DNA from: a virus
Lineage: Duplodnaviria > Caudoviricetes
Reading direction: 5' to 3' (one strand)
Virus record (IMG/VR): IMGVR_UViG_3300017716_001697
Span: 224,001-288,000 of that record
Length of the DNA stretch: 64,000 bases
Both the position numbers and the translations under genes were made by a program. Shown here in pieces: positions 8,825 to 18,127 of the stretch. Under the pieces are notes generated by a model. The model had not been told where the DNA came from, did no database searches, and saw only the letters and a list, made by a program, of their open reading frames with translations. Each line of letters begins with the position of its first letter. Positions within the stretch are counted from its first letter, which is position 1.

Positions 8825-9142
8825 ATGTCTTATGTAATCGTAAATGTTGATACAAATAAAGCGTTTAGTCTGAGATCATATCCTAAGAATGTGTATCCGA
8901 CCGAGCGTGGTGCCAAGGGTATGTGTACACGTCTGAATACAACAGTGTCAATGGATCATGCCACTGGTGAAAAACTCAGGATGTATACCGAGCAATGGAA
9001 AGTAATGCCATTGGCAGAATATAACGCAATACCTGTCAAGATGGTTGAACGCATTAACATGATGTCTGGCTTGCCGTATATGGAAGCGGAAGACACTCCG
9101 AACTACTGCTCGCCTGCTTCCGAAACGTACTGGAGCACATGA
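8825..9142 (+). CDS. hypothetical phage protein
   Basis: Cassette RBS; C-terminal TP.YCSP.SETYWS. Confidence 0.85.
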   Translation: MSYVIVNVDTNKAFSLRSYPKNVYPTERGAKGMCTRLNTTVSMDHATGEKLRMYTEQWKVMPLAEYNAIPVKMVERINMMSGLPYMEAEDTPNYCSPASETYWST

Positions 9143-9360
9143 TGGCTACAAAGTATTTCTGGAAAAAAGCAAAAGGCCTGAATGCCGACCTTGAACGGCA
9201 CCGTGCTGAAGAGTTCAAGTTAACCACGAAGATTGCAGAACTTGAGGCAGGAGAGCAAACCGAGTGGACTGATGGGTATCTACGAACCTATCGTAACTTT
9301 CTCTACCAGCTTGAGCTAAGTAAGGTAGGAGTTGTAACATTGATTGGAAAGAAGAAATGA
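9139..9360 (+). CDS. hypothetical protein
   Basis: ATGA coupling. Confidence 0.75.
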   Translation: MMATKYFWKKAKGLNADLERHRAEEFKLTTKIAELEAGEQTEWTDGYLRTYRNFLYQLELSKVGVVTLIGKKK

Positions 9361-9545
9361 ATACTGCGGTAATTGTATGGATCATGATGGTGCAGACAAG
9401 CGGTGGGGCGTGGATCCCTACACTGGAATTTAAGACTGATGCGAAGTGTAATGCCGCCGTTAAAGTCATTTCTGATTTTGGCGACACACATAAATTGTTA
9501 GGTCGCAAGCCGTCTGTTCCTGTTTGCATCAAAATCGAAAAGTAA
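9357..9545 (+). CDS. small hydrophobic-N-terminus two-Cys protein (family with 13955, 16370, 19872)
   Basis: Hydrophobic N-terminus, F.T...C..A, C-terminal C..I.K. Confidence 0.7.
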   Translation: MNTAVIVWIMMVQTSGGAWIPTLEFKTDAKCNAAVKVISDFGDTHKLLGRKPSVPVCIKIEK

Positions 9546-9551
9546 ATCACA

Positions 9552-9962
9552 ATGGATACAGCATTGCAATCGAAGGTAGCGGCTATTGCTAAACGAGTGC
9601 GAATTTGGACAACGGATCGCGCTAAGAAAGCAAACTATAACCCACGCGACTTAACCGGTTGGTGCGCTATCTCTGCTGCATACTTGTTTCGTGAATTGCA
9701 GAAGGAAGGAATTAAGTCTGCAATTCACGTAAAGGATTACTACAACTGCCACTGTTTCGTTGTAGTGGATGATCATGTAGTGGATGTTACCGCAACTCAG
9801 TTTGCTGAATTTAGAAACAAGCCTATTGTGATTATGCACATCAAGGAAGCCGAAGCGTATAGTTTCTACACAACTGAAAAAGTATTTAAGTTACCTGATG
9901 AGCTTCGTGCACATCAGCTTCGTACCAAATGGCCTAAACGCCAAATTGCTGACACAAGGTGA
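9552..9962 (+). CDS. putative papain/transglutaminase-fold Cys hydrolase
   Basis: GWCA (Cys), HCF (His), VDVTATQF (Asp) in triad order. Confidence 0.5.
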   Translation: MDTALQSKVAAIAKRVRIWTTDRAKKANYNPRDLTGWCAISAAYLFRELQKEGIKSAIHVKDYYNCHCFVVVDDHVVDVTATQFAEFRNKPIVIMHIKEAEAYSFYTTEKVFKLPDELRAHQLRTKWPKRQIADTR

Positions 9963-9963
9963 T

Positions 9964-10191
9964 ATGCCGGGCACATATATGGTGGATATGAGCAGCGACG
10001 ATGGGCTGCTATGTGGTGACATCGAGTGTGTGGCGACATCTATATCCATAAGTTATATAGTCCGGTTGTATAAGACTAGACCACAGTGGAACACTATCGA
10101 TATTAAGGTATTCGGTAATGGTGTAGACGCGGAGGACTTTCTGATAGCCAAACTGGAATGCCCTTTATTTACTTTGTTAGGACGAATATGA
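9964..10191 (+). CDS. hypothetical protein, paralogue of 10351
   Basis: C-terminal L(E/D)CPLFTLL shared. Confidence 0.65.
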   Translation: MPGTYMVDMSSDDGLLCGDIECVATSISISYIVRLYKTRPQWNTIDIKVFGNGVDAEDFLIAKLECPLFTLLGRI

Positions 10192-10349
10192 TATTCTGGA
10201 TTTTGCTTTACCTGGTATATGCTGTTGTGCAGGCTGCGTGGGTCGCTGCGCATAGCGACGAATTCACGTTTGAAGCATCGCTGACTACAGTTGTGATCGC
10301 AGCACCGCTATACACAGTCCTGATCATCATTAGATACTTCAAAAAATAA
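10188..10349 (+). CDS. small membrane protein
   Basis: Two hydrophobic segments; ATGA coupling. Confidence 0.65.
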   Translation: MIFWILLYLVYAVVQAAWVAAHSDEFTFEASLTTVVIAAPLYTVLIIIRYFKK

Positions 10350-10350
10350 T

Positions 10351-10593
10351 ATGTCTTACAAATCAAGACCAGATCCCATTCTATATCACTTCTCAAAAGA
10401 TAAGAGGATTCGTGGCAGAATAGTTAACACCACCACGGCTGTTGTGGTGTACATCATTGACAACAAGAAAGAGTCCATATTAATAAAGCAAGTATTTAAG
10501 CTCAAAGAAGTACGCGAAGCCAATGTATGGATGTATGAGCACTTGGACTGCCCGCTCTTCACATTGTTGCAATCTTTACCTAAACAAGCATAA
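10351..10593 (+). CDS. hypothetical protein, paralogue of 9964
   Basis: HLDCPLFTLL. Confidence 0.7.
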   Translation: MSYKSRPDPILYHFSKDKRIRGRIVNTTTAVVVYIIDNKKESILIKQVFKLKEVREANVWMYEHLDCPLFTLLQSLPKQA

Positions 10594-10599
10594 TAAGTG

Positions 10600-10660
10600 T
10601 TGACAGATAGTGCTTCCTGCGTTATAATAAACACATAGCAAGTAAACAACCAAGGAGCCT
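10600..10660 (+). promoter_or_regulatory. early promoter-leader-RBS cassette
   Basis: TTGACA 10600, TATAAT 10623, AAACACATAGCAAG...AAGGAG. Confidence 0.85.
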
Positions 10661-10663
10661 ATT

Positions 10664-10912
10664 ATGGCAAGTCTTAAGAAATGCGTAGAATTAAAGTGCA
10701 AGGACTGCACCTATGATCAATACGTCCCGGGTTCCTGGCGCCAACAGGTCGAAGAATGCCGCGTGAAGTCTTGCGCACTGTGGGAAGTGCGTCCGGTCAC
10801 AATGGAGACCGTGCTGCTGCGCCGCAAGGACAAAGGTGTGGCTGGTGTAGATATTGACTCACTAGTTGACGGGCTGGAAGACGACGAAGATGAGCCTGTG
10901 GTGGCAGTATGA
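10664..10912 (+). CDS. Zn-binding hypothetical protein with acidic tail
   Basis: KCKDC...EC...C.LW..RP. Confidence 0.8.
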   Translation: MASLKKCVELKCKDCTYDQYVPGSWRQQVEECRVKSCALWEVRPVTMETVLLRRKDKGVAGVDIDSLVDGLEDDEDEPVVAV

Positions 10913-11106
10913 ATTTTCTTACGTTAGAGCTCAAGCATGCAGAGCAAACAGTTATCCAGGTAGAACATATTGTACGCATGTCGCCGGCAATTGCTACAGG
11001 CACCAGAATTCGGTTTGTAGATGGCAGCGAAATAGATGTAGTTGAATCTATTGCCTGGATACTGAAATGTATTAACGCACCGAAAGATAATCATGCGAGT
11101 AACTAA
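10909..11106 (+). CDS. FlbD-like small beta protein (tentative)
   Basis: I.V.HIV......T.I.F.DG..I.V.ES...I pattern. Confidence 0.55.
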   Translation: MNFLTLELKHAEQTVIQVEHIVRMSPAIATGTRIRFVDGSEIDVVESIAWILKCINAPKDNHASN

Positions 11107-11467
11107 AGACAGACTGAGAAGCCGTATTGGTGGGTTGAACATGATGCTGGAACGACCGATGGCGCTGTTTACGCCCGGCGAGACCAAACCTAACACTGGT
11201 CATCTATCACTTGATATCAACTCGACGGGTTTCCGTCTTGTCGAACAGTTGGACACCGGTGGCGAACGCGACTGGTCGCAACGGATGACTGGCAAAGAAA
11301 TGGACAATTTTATTGACGGCATTGTGCGCGGACTTGCACTGCGCAATGAGCACATAGGTGCCATTCTGGTCAAAAATAAGTTGGAAAAGGCTGGATTAAC
11401 CGCCGCTGCATTGCTTTACAGCGACGACAATGTACTCAAATTAACTGCACAGACAGAGACTGTATGA
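11093..11467 (+). CDS. hypothetical protein
   Basis: Coupled ORF. Confidence 0.8.
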   Translation: MRVTKDRLRSRIGGLNMMLERPMALFTPGETKPNTGHLSLDINSTGFRLVEQLDTGGERDWSQRMTGKEMDNFIDGIVRGLALRNEHIGAILVKNKLEKAGLTAAALLYSDDNVLKLTAQTETV

Positions 11468-11715
11468 CATTCCTAGGTAAAAACATTCGGTTGAAGGGTA
11501 AGACACAAAAGGGCAAGAACCGCATCAGGGAACACGGTGAGTTCTGGTTTGTGTTTGCTGAGACCGATCATGTATTGTTTGCAAAGGACAAGGCTGGACC
11601 GTGGCTATTTGTTGCGCCAGCCGAAAAGAATCAGAACGACAAATCATCACGCTGGATTCACAGCACAAATGATTTGGATTTTGATGTATTTATTCAGGTT
11701 GACATTATCCCTTAA
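11464..11715 (+). CDS. hypothetical phage protein
   Basis: L.GKTQKGKNRI.EHG..W motif; ATGA coupling. Confidence 0.8.
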   Translation: MTFLGKNIRLKGKTQKGKNRIREHGEFWFVFAETDHVLFAKDKAGPWLFVAPAEKNQNDKSSRWIHSTNDLDFDVFIQVDIIP

Positions 11716-11791
11716 AGCCTGCATAATACATACAAGTTGATAGGGATTATCCTACTAACTTTAAATTTAACACACACAAAGGAAATTTAAA

Positions 11792-12277
11792 ATGACCACT
11801 ATCGATACCACTGTTACTACTCCTGCTGACACCACTGTTGCTGTTGCTGTTGCAACTGTTAAGGCCCCAAAGGCACCTAAGGCTGTCAAGCCCGTGGTTG
11901 TGAAGGCTCCATCCAAGACATCTTTGGCTGCTGTGATTTTTGCTGCTGCAATGGCTGATCGCACTGCTGGCGTGTACGCTACCAACAAGGCATTCCGTGC
12001 CGCTGTGTTGGGTAAGATCGAAACCGACTTGGGCGTGTCCACTGCATCTGCTGCTACCATGTTCAATGCATGCAAGATCAAGGCCGAAGCTGCTGCTACT
12101 GCTGCCGGTACTACCGTCGGTCTGGGCCGTGATCCTAAGACTGTGAAAGTCAAGGTCGAAGGTGCCAAGCGCGGGCGCCCAGCTAAGGCAAAGACTGAAG
12201 TCGCCACAGTGATTGTGGTTACCGAGCCAGTCGCTGAAGCTGTCGAAGCTGCTCCTGCAGAAGCTGTTGCTGCTTAA
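11792..12277 (+). CDS. Ala/Lys-rich putative DNA-binding protein with AT-hook (family with 13423, 40612, 47795)
   Basis: FR..V.......GVS.ASAAT.FN..K...GLGR and KRGRPAK; own promoter (TTGACA 11699); strong codon bias. Confidence 0.85.
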   Translation: MTTIDTTVTTPADTTVAVAVATVKAPKAPKAVKPVVVKAPSKTSLAAVIFAAAMADRTAGVYATNKAFRAAVLGKIETDLGVSTASAATMFNACKIKAEAAATAAGTTVGLGRDPKTVKVKVEGAKRGRPAKAKTEVATVIVVTEPVAEAVEAAPAEAVAA

Positions 12278-12302
12278 TCAACCAACTAACTTGGTTTAAG
12301 GA

Positions 12303-12330
12303 TCGGGCCCTAGTGGCCCTATTCTTTCTT
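12303..12330 (+). terminator. probable intrinsic terminator
   Basis: GGGCC-CTAGT-GGCCC followed by TATTCTTTCTT. Confidence 0.55.
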
Positions 12331-12336
12331 AAAAAT

Positions 12337-12846
12337 ATGATCAAATATCCAAAACAACTCTATGTGGTTGCTAAGAGCCAAGGGAAAGGTGTTGCACCAC
12401 TCGGCTTCTTCCATGTGTACGAGCCCGGTAAGGCTGCGTTTGAAAAGAAGCGCGAAACTCAAATCAAGTGGGCGTACAACAACTACAGCAATATCTACGA
12501 TTTCGAATTTGTAGAGCGGCACGGACAATGGTGTGCCAAAGGATTTAGGTCGGAACGAGACCCTAATTCCCAATGGGGTACAATTAAGGTAGCAGTCTGT
12601 GAACCAGTTGAATATCAACCTGTTGTGTGGGACAATGAACCACTGGCAGGATTTAAGATTGAGAAATCTGTTAGCCGCTATTCTACATCCAACAAGCTGT
12701 GGCGCATCTTGGATCCACACGGCGTTGAGTTCGAAGTGTCGACTGATGTCATGGAAGATATCATTGATACCGCAACCATTACCAAAGGTCTCATCGAGAA
12801 CCGCTGCGTCTGGACTAAGGCAAAGGTACTCGAAGTTTTTGATTGA
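12337..12846 (+). CDS. hypothetical large-phage protein
   Basis: ATG 12337; WRI.DP.G.E.EV...I..G.I...CVW. Confidence 0.8.
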   Translation: MIKYPKQLYVVAKSQGKGVAPLGFFHVYEPGKAAFEKKRETQIKWAYNNYSNIYDFEFVERHGQWCAKGFRSERDPNSQWGTIKVAVCEPVEYQPVVWDNEPLAGFKIEKSVSRYSTSNKLWRILDPHGVEFEVSTDVMEDIIDTATITKGLIENRCVWTKAKVLEVFD

Positions 12847-12893
12847 CACCCGATGCTCTAAGTGCTATAATGAATACTTTACAAGGAGTCATT

Positions 12894-13352
12894 ATGGACT
12901 TAGAGCAAATGGTAAAGGATGCTAAGGCTGCTGTCAGGAAGACAATTAATGCTTCAGCAAAGAAACATGTCAAGGCAATGGCAGCAGAATACAAATCTGC
13001 CCGTGAACGGCTTAAAGTTGATGAACCCTTATATGAAGAGTTCAAAGTTATTCGCGAAAGAATGGGAATTCCGGTAGCAGACCCTGTTGCTAATCCGTAC
13101 GGGTCTCAATCCAGAATCACAAAAATCAAATTAGATCAAGGTGTAATCACACACGTCGAATTAGATGGAATTAGATTAGTGAGCAAAGAAGAAGCAGTGA
13201 CCATTATTAAGAGTGGTGGTCGCATATTCACAGTATCACCAGATACAGGCGAACAATTAGTAGTGGTCGCAAATAGGCTGAGTGGTGAATACATAAGAGC
13301 AAGTCGCGATAAAGAGTCAAACGATAATTTACTAAGTCTGCCAAGATTGTAA
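12894..13352 (+). CDS. helical N-terminus fused to DUF3892-like domain
   Basis: C-terminal ITHV...SKEEAV..I..G....V......YIR...D....DNLLSLP; promoter TTGACA 12843 and RBS AAGGAG. Confidence 0.7.
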   Translation: MDLEQMVKDAKAAVRKTINASAKKHVKAMAAEYKSARERLKVDEPLYEEFKVIRERMGIPVADPVANPYGSQSRITKIKLDQGVITHVELDGIRLVSKEEAVTIIKSGGRIFTVSPDTGEQLVVVANRLSGEYIRASRDKESNDNLLSLPRL

Positions 13353-13422
13353 ATTTCAAATAGTTGTTGACTTCGTCCGTGTTGTGTTATATAATACATA
13401 CATACATAAACAGGAGTAGATC

Positions 13423-13953
13423 ATGAGCAACATCAAAGAACGAGCATTGGAAATTTACAATCAACATATCGCGTTGGCAGCAACCGATGGTCGGTTGTTT
13501 CGCAAGACAGTGCTCGATCAACTCCGGGCAGAAACCGGCTGTACGCTAGCTGGTGCAGCAACTCACTACAACAATTCCAAGAAAGCATCCGCACCAGTCG
13601 AAGGCCTGGGTCGTGCTCCTGTTTCAAAGAATGTACGCCGCCCCGGTGCCAACAAAGGTAAGCCGGAAGAACTGCAAGACGAAGACGAATGCTTCACAGT
13701 TATTGAATTGTTGAAGCACAATGATGGTGTCACCGTAGGCCGTTGCCGCTCACACTTGTTACAAGGTGATGCAAGCGAAGAATTCGACGATCGTGTGCAG
13801 TACAAACCGCGTAATGAATGGGTGATGATTAAAGGCATTGGTCCCAACCACGGCGACACCTTCAAGCTCAGCTCATCCGAAGTTGAAATCAAACGCTATA
13901 CGCCTGCGGTAGTAGCGGTTGTGGAACACGAAGAACCACTGTTGGTTGATTAA
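13423..13953 (+). CDS. putative DNA-binding protein, AATHYN-GLGR family
   Basis: FRKTVL...GCTLAGAATHYNN.KK...EGLGR; own promoter and AGGAG. Confidence 0.85.
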   Translation: MSNIKERALEIYNQHIALAATDGRLFRKTVLDQLRAETGCTLAGAATHYNNSKKASAPVEGLGRAPVSKNVRRPGANKGKPEELQDEDECFTVIELLKHNDGVTVGRCRSHLLQGDASEEFDDRVQYKPRNEWVMIKGIGPNHGDTFKLSSSEVEIKRYTPAVVAVVEHEEPLLVD

Positions 13954-13954
13954 T

Positions 13955-14143
13955 ATGATTGCCACATACATTTTGGTTGTGCTTCAGCAGGTGGCCAGTG
14001 GTGGGGCAACATGGCACACAATTGGCGAATTTACATCCTTCGAAACCTGTCAGAAGGCAAGTGTGCAGATATCGGCTTCTACATCTGCACACTTTAATGG
14101 CAGTTATTCGTATGTCAAGAAATTTGAATGTCTGAAGAAGTAA
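13955..14143 (+). CDS. small hydrophobic two-Cys protein
   Basis: EFTSFETCQKA...ECLKK. Confidence 0.65.
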   Translation: MIATYILVVLQQVASGGATWHTIGEFTSFETCQKASVQISASTSAHFNGSYSYVKKFECLKK

Positions 14144-14144
14144 C

Positions 14145-14402
14145 ATGCCTAAGTCAACAATCATCGATGGTGAAATGTATCGCACACGTCGCGGTAAACT
14201 TGTAAAAATCCCCGATGAATGGGTGGGTAACTTTACAACACGGCAAACCATCCGCAAGCGTGATAGTAAGTTAACGAATAAGCTGGCACGCGATACGAAA
14301 TGGAACAGGAACAGGGCAGGATCAACCGGCCCTCTATACATTAAGTACAGGGACGCAAAGGAACTCGGCAATCAATACATTGAGGATGTTTATGGCGAAT
14401 AA
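14145..14402 (+). CDS. basic hypothetical phage protein
   Basis: YRTRRGKLVKIP.EWVG. Confidence 0.75.
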   Translation: MPKSTIIDGEMYRTRRGKLVKIPDEWVGNFTTRQTIRKRDSKLTNKLARDTKWNRNRAGSTGPLYIKYRDAKELGNQYIEDVYGE

Positions 14403-14526
14403 GAAACAGGGCAACCTAACACCAAGTCCGCAATGGTGGAAGCACTTGCAGGATTGGAAGCGCGTGTTCTGGAAGAGTGAGCGTCAAGCACAGAACAAAG
14501 ACATCAAGGAACGGAGCAAAGAATGA
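14392..14526 (+). CDS. small basic protein, 44 aa
   Basis: Hand-translated MANKKQGNLTPSPQWWKHLQDWKRVFWKSERQAQ. Confidence 0.65.
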   Translation: MANKKQGNLTPSPQWWKHLQDWKRVFWKSERQAQNKDIKERSKE

Positions 14527-14792
14527 ACGAACAATTCAAAGAACTTGCGAAACAGTCCGGACTAAACATTGATGGGTTTGGCGACCCGATCTGGGGTTGT
14601 CTGGATAGTGCTGATGCTAAGACACAGTTTCTGGAAAAATTCGCTGAATCGATTGTTGCTGAGTGTGTGAAATCATATGAGACGGAAGTAGATACCTGGA
14701 TAGAAATGGCCTCGAAGCGAGGTGCAATTAAACGAGTGGGTGTCAGGGCAATTAAACGACCTTTTGGAATCGATGAACGGAGCAAAGAATGA
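14523..14792 (+). CDS. MNERIxEL/KFAELI family hypothetical protein
   Basis: MNEQFKELAKQSG...LEKFAESIVAEC. Confidence 0.8.
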   Translation: MNEQFKELAKQSGLNIDGFGDPIWGCLDSADAKTQFLEKFAESIVAECVKSYETEVDTWIEMASKRGAIKRVGVRAIKRPFGIDERSKE

Positions 14793-15052
14793 ACAAACGG
14801 ATTGAGGAACTCATTGAGAAGGCAGGTTTGGACTGCGATGAATGTGCAAACCTAGACCCAAACCTGCAAGAATTTGCCGCACTGGTCATTAAAGAAACAC
14901 TCGGTGTCATATTTGATGGTCGCCAACATGCAATTGCTGAATTTGAAATATCTAGCCGTGCTAATATCCAAAAATTCATTCTGGATACAAGTTGCGCAGC
15001 AATGGGTGATACAGTTAAAGAACATTTCGGGATCAAAGAATGGTCCTGCTAG
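14789..15052 (+). CDS. MNERIxEL/KFAELI family hypothetical protein
   Basis: MNKRIEELIEKAG...EFAALVIKE...KEHFGI. Confidence 0.8.
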   Translation: MNKRIEELIEKAGLDCDECANLDPNLQEFAALVIKETLGVIFDGRQHAIAEFEISSRANIQKFILDTSCAAMGDTVKEHFGIKEWSC

Positions 15053-15198
15053 ATAAAACATACTATGGTGAAAACATTCACGAAGCCGAACAAGACATAA
15101 GTGAAATGTTCGATACCAATCAGGTGCCGCAGGATGAACACGGGTTTCATCTTGGCACATTTAAAGTTACAGTAGAGTGGATTCCACAGGAGAATTAA
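15040..15198 (+). CDS. small acidic protein
   Basis: Hand-translated MVLLDKTYYGENIHEAEQD...GTFKVTVEW. Confidence 0.6.
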   Translation: MVLLDKTYYGENIHEAEQDISEMFDTNQVPQDEHGFHLGTFKVTVEWIPQEN

Positions 15199-15199
15199 T

Positions 15200-15568
15200 A
15201 TGCCATGTAGAGATTATTACGACGACCATCCTGACCAGTTCTTTAAGGATCATACTGAGCCTGCACTGAAAAAGCAAATCAGCTTTGCTGAGTCAGCCCT
15301 GTGTCAGACGCTTGCTGCATTTGAGAAGGTGTTAGCAAGTGTTAAACACGACTACGATGACACAGTAGATACCGATGTAAATCATTACATTGATTTTAAA
15401 GCTGCGGGCATTACGATGAAAGAGCTTAACACGTGGTGGAAAGAACACAAAGCAATTGATGAAAAGCTTCGTGCAGAAGAAGCTGCCAAGAAGAATGCCA
15501 AACAGCTACGCAAGTCAGCATTAGCGAAACTGACAGACGAAGAAAAACTTGTTTTAGGAATCAAATGA
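15200..15568 (+). CDS. hypothetical phage protein
   Basis: MPCRD...LC...WW.EHK..D...ALAKLTDEEK..LGI. Confidence 0.85.
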   Translation: MPCRDYYDDHPDQFFKDHTEPALKKQISFAESALCQTLAAFEKVLASVKHDYDDTVDTDVNHYIDFKAAGITMKELNTWWKEHKAIDEKLRAEEAAKKNAKQLRKSALAKLTDEEKLVLGIK

Positions 15569-16080
15569 ATAGTGCTATCTTTAATCCTTCTGTGCTCACA
15601 TTTCGTGTAGCAAAGAAAACAAAAGGCTTGCGAGCCAAACCGATGGTCAACCTGCTGGTTGATAAAACAGTGATGTCAAAGTTCCTTGTTGACACGCTGG
15701 AGGCAAAGGAACCAGTACATGCCGATGCAATGTTTTGCATTGGTGAAAGTAATGATGCGTGGCAGCAATCTGCAAAGAACCTGCTAAAGAAATATACAGT
15801 GGACGCAATTGATGCCGAAGGATGGTTGGTATGTAATCCTAAGGCAGAGAATAGCGTTGAGTTTGCAGAAATTACTGACGCTGGGTTGGACCTAGATACT
15901 TCATTCGGCACAGCCGGTTCTGGATGGATCGTTGGGCAATGGGGCGAAACAATTAACGGTGTGCAAAATCTACAACGATTCAAAATGGATGACTTCGTAG
16001 TGCGTAACCGCGAAGATCACAGCGATGTGTGGATTGTTGCACGTAAGATCTTCCTCAACACATATACGGAGTTGGCATAA
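15565..16080 (+). CDS. hypothetical protein (PGDYG-like, tentative)
   Basis: WG...Q....DD.VV......W.V...IF.NTY. Confidence 0.75.
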   Translation: MNSAIFNPSVLTFRVAKKTKGLRAKPMVNLLVDKTVMSKFLVDTLEAKEPVHADAMFCIGESNDAWQQSAKNLLKKYTVDAIDAEGWLVCNPKAENSVEFAEITDAGLDLDTSFGTAGSGWIVGQWGETINGVQNLQRFKMDDFVVRNREDHSDVWIVARKIFLNTYTELA

Positions 16081-16373
16081 TGAAATATCTATTACCATTG
16101 TTTGTAATTGCGTTAGTCGGGTGTTCGCCTACACCTCTAGAGAAAGAGGCTGCTAAAGTCGAAGCTGAAAAGGAAAAGCCGGCTGTAACAACAATTCTGG
16201 GTAAGCACGAAGATTGTACAATCTATCAAACCCACAAACCTTACACCGATAGAGTGAATTGGGTACGTTGCAAAAAAGAACCCAAGGTGACCGAAACTGA
16301 AACAACCGAGTATTGCGGCAAAAGCTGCACCAGAAAGGTTATCACAACAACAATTGACGAGGAAGCAAAATGA
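16080..16373 (+). CDS. lipoprotein
   Basis: Lipobox LVG-C; four further Cys. Confidence 0.8.
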   Translation: MKYLLPLFVIALVGCSPTPLEKEAAKVEAEKEKPAVTTILGKHEDCTIYQTHKPYTDRVNWVRCKKEPKVTETETTEYCGKSCTRKVITTTIDEEAK

Positions 16374-16549
16374 ATGTGACTACTGCTCTGGTATGGGTGT
16401 TAATGTCAGTGAATCCTTTGGGTAATGCGGCTGTGACCTATTCCCCACCTGCTGCCACCATGGAAGATTGCAAACGAATGCAAGAATTCACTATACGCAA
16501 TCGGGTGCCATCGCAATGTGTCCAAATCACCATGGTGGTGTCAAAATGA
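16370..16549 (+). CDS. small hydrophobic two-Cys protein
   Basis: Hand-translated MNVTTALVWVLM...TMEDCKRMQ...QCVQI. Confidence 0.6.
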   Translation: MNVTTALVWVLMSVNPLGNAAVTYSPPAATMEDCKRMQEFTIRNRVPSQCVQITMVVSK

Positions 16550-16737
16550 ATGGTGTGCAATATTACAGTCACTTCCTTATGAAAAATTCTACAGCGTATG
16601 AGCTGTATGAAGCAATGAAGAAGGATCCGTCAATCAAGACCAAACTTGATGCACATCTTAAGGAAGTGAATAAGAGTTATATTCCATTACCTGCTCATCT
16701 TGTTAACTTTAAAATTGGTAATGTCGTTGACACATAA
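16546..16737 (+). CDS. hypothetical protein
   Basis: ATGA coupling at 16546. Confidence 0.65.
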   Translation: MNGVQYYSHFLMKNSTAYELYEAMKKDPSIKTKLDAHLKEVNKSYIPLPAHLVNFKIGNVVDT

Positions 16738-16813
16738 CCCGTAACCTGCTATAATACATTAAGCAGTTAGTGGCATACTGCATCTTATGCCACAGAGAAG
16801 AAAGAGTTAATTT

Positions 16814-17074
16814 ATGGAATCACGTGCATTTATTGTCGAAGCTCAAGCATTGATTGGCGACATCAAAACATTCCAGGTTGCATACCTGTCACCCGAAGAC
16901 GAAATGGCTCAAGGAACTGCATTGCAGCGCCGTCTGAATCAATCGTTTGCTGGATTGCAAAATCCTACCTTGCCATCGGCTTACAAACTGCGTGATGCAG
17001 CAATGGGTGCCGGTTTCAGTATCGACCCAAAGCGCCTGCATTGGTTGTCACAATTCGAAACCATTAGGGGTTAA
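16814..17074 (+). CDS. hypothetical protein
   Basis: Own promoter; 5' UTR hairpin GTGGCATA/TATGCCAC. Confidence 0.75.
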   Translation: MESRAFIVEAQALIGDIKTFQVAYLSPEDEMAQGTALQRRLNQSFAGLQNPTLPSAYKLRDAAMGAGFSIDPKRLHWLSQFETIRG

Positions 17075-17076
17075 TC

Positions 17077-17322
17077 ATGCCACCCGGATTATTCACAGCC
17101 CTTGTCATCTGGGCAATCTTCCTTGGACTAATCTACATAGGGATCTTTGGATCAACATGGAAGATCGGTAAGCGGCTTCGCAATGCTACTAGTCCGTGGG
17201 AGAAGTTTTGGTTGTGGATAGTCCGGATCCTGTATATTATTGCGTTGCCTATCATCTTAGTGATGTGTGTGCTTGGTGCAAAGTTTATGTGGGATGATTT
17301 CGTTAATTTGTTTAAAGGCTAG
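17077..17322 (+). CDS. two-TM membrane protein
   Basis: Two hydrophobic helices. Confidence 0.75.
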   Translation: MPPGLFTALVIWAIFLGLIYIGIFGSTWKIGKRLRNATSPWEKFWLWIVRILYIIALPIILVMCVLGAKFMWDDFVNLFKG

Positions 17323-17373
17323 ACAATAGGTTCTTTCTGTAGTATAATCAATGTATTGCAACAAGGAGATATA

Positions 17374-17853
17374 ATGCTCACTAAAGAATCTATTGTTACC
17401 CTGTTACAGAATGACAAACGTGCAGTGGCAAGGGCGCTTGTTGTGCTCACTGCACGTCAAACCGCAGATGAGCAGGCCACTGAGCACACTCGTCATTTGA
17501 ACGGTCGCGGCTTCCGGCCATGTCATGCGCGTATGGGTACAAACATGGCACAATTCTTCCAGCGGCAGGGCTATCTCACTGACAAGCAGATTGCATACTG
17601 GCGCATGAAGGACAAATCCGGCGCGATGCGTATTGGTATCTACGCAGGCCAATTGCTTGAAGAAGCAGAACTCAAACAAAAACAGGCAGAGGCATATGCA
17701 CTCCAAGGTCTTACACTGTTAGGTGAGATTGCCACGCAAAGAATGCTCGAGAATGAACTCGGCATGGTGTTGGATAGCGAAGATCCAACATTAATCAAAC
17801 CAGCCAAAGATGCGCTGGATAACTTTATGGCTCAGTGCCGAAACAAAACTTAA
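17374..17853 (+). CDS. hypothetical phage protein
   Basis: Cassette RBS; RAL.....QTADEQ....T...NG.GF. Confidence 0.85.
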   Translation: MLTKESIVTLLQNDKRAVARALVVLTARQTADEQATEHTRHLNGRGFRPCHARMGTNMAQFFQRQGYLTDKQIAYWRMKDKSGAMRIGIYAGQLLEEAELKQKQAEAYALQGLTLLGEIATQRMLENELGMVLDSEDPTLIKPAKDALDNFMAQCRNKT

Positions 17854-17863
17854 GGAAATAGAA

Positions 17864-18070
17864 ATGAGTACAATCTTGCAATTGGCTGTCGTATTGGTGG
17901 TAATCGCTGTCATTCTGGCCATTGGGCCATGGTGCTTCATCTGGGCTATCAACACATTGGTTGCCGCTGGCGGAGTTACAACATTCGTTATCCCATTCAC
18001 GTTCTGGACTTGGCTGGCTGCTGCTATCATCGGTGGTATGGCTATCATCCCTAGCATGCGTCGCGGTTGA
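17864..18070 (+). CDS. membrane protein
   Basis: Hydrophobic; AAGGA RBS. Confidence 0.75.
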   Translation: MSTILQLAVVLVVIAVILAIGPWCFIWAINTLVAAGGVTTFVIPFTFWTWLAAAIIGGMAIIPSMRRG

Positions 18071-18127
18071 CAATAATGTTGGGTGGTGTTATAATAAGAC
18101 ATCACCCAACATGTTACAAAGAAATAA

